Positions 61,077-64,000 of a stretch of 64,000 bases of DNA are shown here, piece by piece. The DNA lies in assembly GCF_009914755.1 (NCBI RefSeq), contig NC_060926.1; one strand, 5' to 3'. The notes under the pieces were generated by a model. The model made no database searches and had not been told where the DNA came from. It saw only the letters and a program-made list of their open reading frames with translations. The DNA comes from the human T2T-CHM13v2.0 reference genome, Homo sapiens. A program made the translations under genes and the position numbers. Position 1 is the first letter of the stretch; each line of letters starts with the position of its first letter.

Positions 61077-63819
61077 ATACATTTTGTATTCTATAGTAAG
61101 GACAAAGTGTTTCTGTTCTGGTTTTGATATCTCTTTGAGACAGTGTAAAGACAGTAAGTATTTCTAGTTTTTCTGAAGATGTCCTAAAACAAAAAGTTTA
61201 ATTGCCTAAACAGACACTGGTATTTCCAAGTCATACCCTTTCCCCGAACACCCACAACATCATAGCTATCTTCTCTCCAAATTAGCAGAAATTATTCATC
61301 CATTCAATTATTCATTGATTTATTCAATAATTATTTTTGAAACTTATTACATGTCAGTAACTAGAGGTAGTGATAAAACAAGTTTCAATCCTCACAGTCT
61401 ACAAAAGCTGTTTGAATATTTAAATTTATATATAAATATATGTATAAATATTATATATTATATATAACATTAAATTATATTAATTTAGAGATATAAATTT
61501 ATATATATATAATATAGCAATACTCTAAGATAAAAATTTGTGTGCATAATGGCAGCAACCAATTATGGTGGGAAAGGAAAAAATGTAGATGATGCCGCAG
61601 CACTGGAAGCAAGAAGTAGGTAAAAGGGCCCAAAATTACTTTATAAGGGAAATTGAAAAGGTGACATGTTTATTTTGAGGACTGACTTACTGAGTTTTAT
61701 TGCAGTTGCTGTTTGGAATGCCTAAACCTTCCAGTATATGAGGCAATTGAGAGAGAGATGATCTTTGAGCAGGCTGGCATAAAGTTGATGCCTGGTCTCA
61801 GGGTGAATTAAACGTTTTATTGATGACAAATCATTTCAAATCAAGGAATGAAAAAGAGAAATCAAATCCAGACATTTATCTAACTAACCTTGCCTACACT
61901 TCTGATGTCTTGGATTCAGGGCAGGTTTTCTGCCTTTTGAAGATTCTGATATTTGTTATATTATTTTTTCTGCTAACAGGAGAGTTGGGATGCATAGGTT
62001 GTATGTAATTTTTCTACTACAGGTAGACGGTTCAGATACCAATGTGTTCCACGAAGCTAAACACATAATTTATTTTCCAAATAGATAAAAGATGATTTGT
62101 TAAGAGCATTAGGTAGCTCAGTAAGAAAATAAGTTGTGTAATGAGAGACCTACCGCAAGCTGGGAAGTAGCGTACAGCAAAGAAATCTATCAAAGGCCTA
62201 TCTAGCAGTGGTAGAAGAAATAACCAAGATCTGTTTTCACCATCTGACTTTTAATGACATTGTGTTTTATCTTAAAACTCACTTGCTTACATGGGAAATA
62301 GAATATAAAATACATTATGAATTTCGTATAAATTTTTTATCATTGATGTATTATAACTGTATTCTCAGTCTGCTGGACGAGGACCATAGCAGTTATTATT
62401 TAAAATATCCCTTAATGTAAGTCTCCTGATTTCAAATATTAGCTTAAATCTCAAGCTTAGCAAATCATGTATTTCTTCTTTGCAAATATACTACTGCACT
62501 CCAAGCACAGCTGGGGATCGTTTTACTAAGACTTGGTATTAGATATATGAAGAATCAGATTTCATCCGTTAAACAAAATTGGGTGTAATAAACACATGAA
62601 GGAAAATCATGTAACACATTCTATTTCTATCAAAAATCTAGTGAACATACAGCTACTGAGCATCCACTATTTGAAAGGCCAGATGCTACTGGTGACACAT
62701 AGGTGAATCAGGTACATTCCAAACATGAAGTTGCTTCTGACTGAATTATGGAAATTAGACACAAACACATGAGTTGTTAAATCACAATTTAGTAGAATTA
62801 GTATTACAGACCAATACCTGATTGATTGATTGATTACCAAATAAACTATCAACTACTTTTTGTGGTCTCAGTAGCATTACAATAGTTCTACTGAACTTTC
62901 TCGGTATATCTCCTTTTAGTTATATACCTGTAAAGTTTCCGAAGGAAAGCATTGCTAATTCTAAGAGAATGTCATTTTCGTGATTCTCTCAAAGCACTGA
63001 GCACAGATAGAAAATGACTTATTTTCACTACAAACAGCTGCTGAAGCTCTTGCTGTAGTCCCTGGTTGCGCATCTCTTCCCAACAGCAATTATATTATGT
63101 CTTCTTTTATTGTAGCAGGTGCTGAAGCATGTAGGGACAATTTGGTATTGTGACAGAGCTGCCCATTTGCTGGCAAGGTAAGTTTGTTTTCTTCATTCTT
63201 TGTGTCAGCTAACTTGTTAGGGGCCTCTGATGAGCAGCTAAAGATGCAATGATCCTTTTGAAGATGTCTGCTATGATGAGCATTTACTGGGGACCTGAGA
63301 CTACCTTATGAAATACTATCTATAAAGTGCCCTCCGTATGGAGGAAGGAGAGGGGGAAGAAAAGAAAAGCTCCATTAACATTATCTTCAGAAATGTGTTA
63401 TAGAGAAGGTGTTGGCCTCGCCTTCTTCCTCTCAGGTGAACTCTAATTCAGAAAACATGTCCTGAATATATCCTCTTTGAGTTCAAGAAGTTATAATACA
63501 AATCTCTACATAAACAGTCACAAAGTTACTAATAAATTGTACTTCTCCTGAATTTCTTTGTATGCTTGGCAGCCCCACATTTTCATATTATAATATCATA
63601 GCCATCAAAAAATAATTATTTTCAGCTTTAGCTGTGATAGATCTAATACTGCTTTTAATAATTACTCAGTGTATGCCTTTGGCTTTACAATCTGTCCAGA
63701 GTTAATATTTTCTTTAAACTACTAAATATCTCATTAGGAGGATATCTCTGAGATACTGGCTAAACTCATAAAAAACAAAATATAAAAACAGTAACATTTG
63801 CCTATCTATCCATTCTTTT

Positions 63820-64000
63820 TTCATTCAGTTATTTACTAGATATTTTTGTGTGCATTTACTATGTTACAGAAGCCTGTGTTAGGTGCTGAAGATAGTAAAT
63901 ACAAATGATCTGGCACGTAGCATCATATAACTTAAGTGTTTGAAGGAAATTTTTGTGTGGTTATAGTAAACAAGAAATTACAGTCAAAGCACCATATTTT
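63820..64000 (-). mobile_element. L2 3' end fragment
   Basis: 'ttcattcagttattt...tttactatgttacagaagcctgtgttaggtgctgaagatag'. Confidence 0.55.

Overview
AT-rich, repeat-dense mammalian genomic DNA, almost certainly human because it contains a Yb-lineage Alu. It looks intergenic or deep intronic, and no intact host protein-coding gene can be supported. The main feature is a full-length L1PA2/young-L1PA3 element (7288-13317, +, 14-bp TSD) whose ORF1 and ORF2 are disabled but whose antisense ORF0 is intact. The window also holds older L1s (two with 5' inversions), nine Alus (including young Yb8-like and Yc1-like copies with TSDs), a decayed ERVL provirus, MaLR solo LTRs, L2/MIR fragments, DNA transposon relics, a U2 snRNA fragment and simple repeats. 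The least explained non-repeat signals are a diverged duplicated exon-like cassette on the minus strand at 13.4-14.3 kb, two template-switch-like micro-rearrangements (14.55 kb and 23.8 kb) and a few isolated splice-site-bounded candidate exons. I found no convincing novel biological system. Subfamily names come from recalled consensus motifs, and boundaries of old repeats are approximate.
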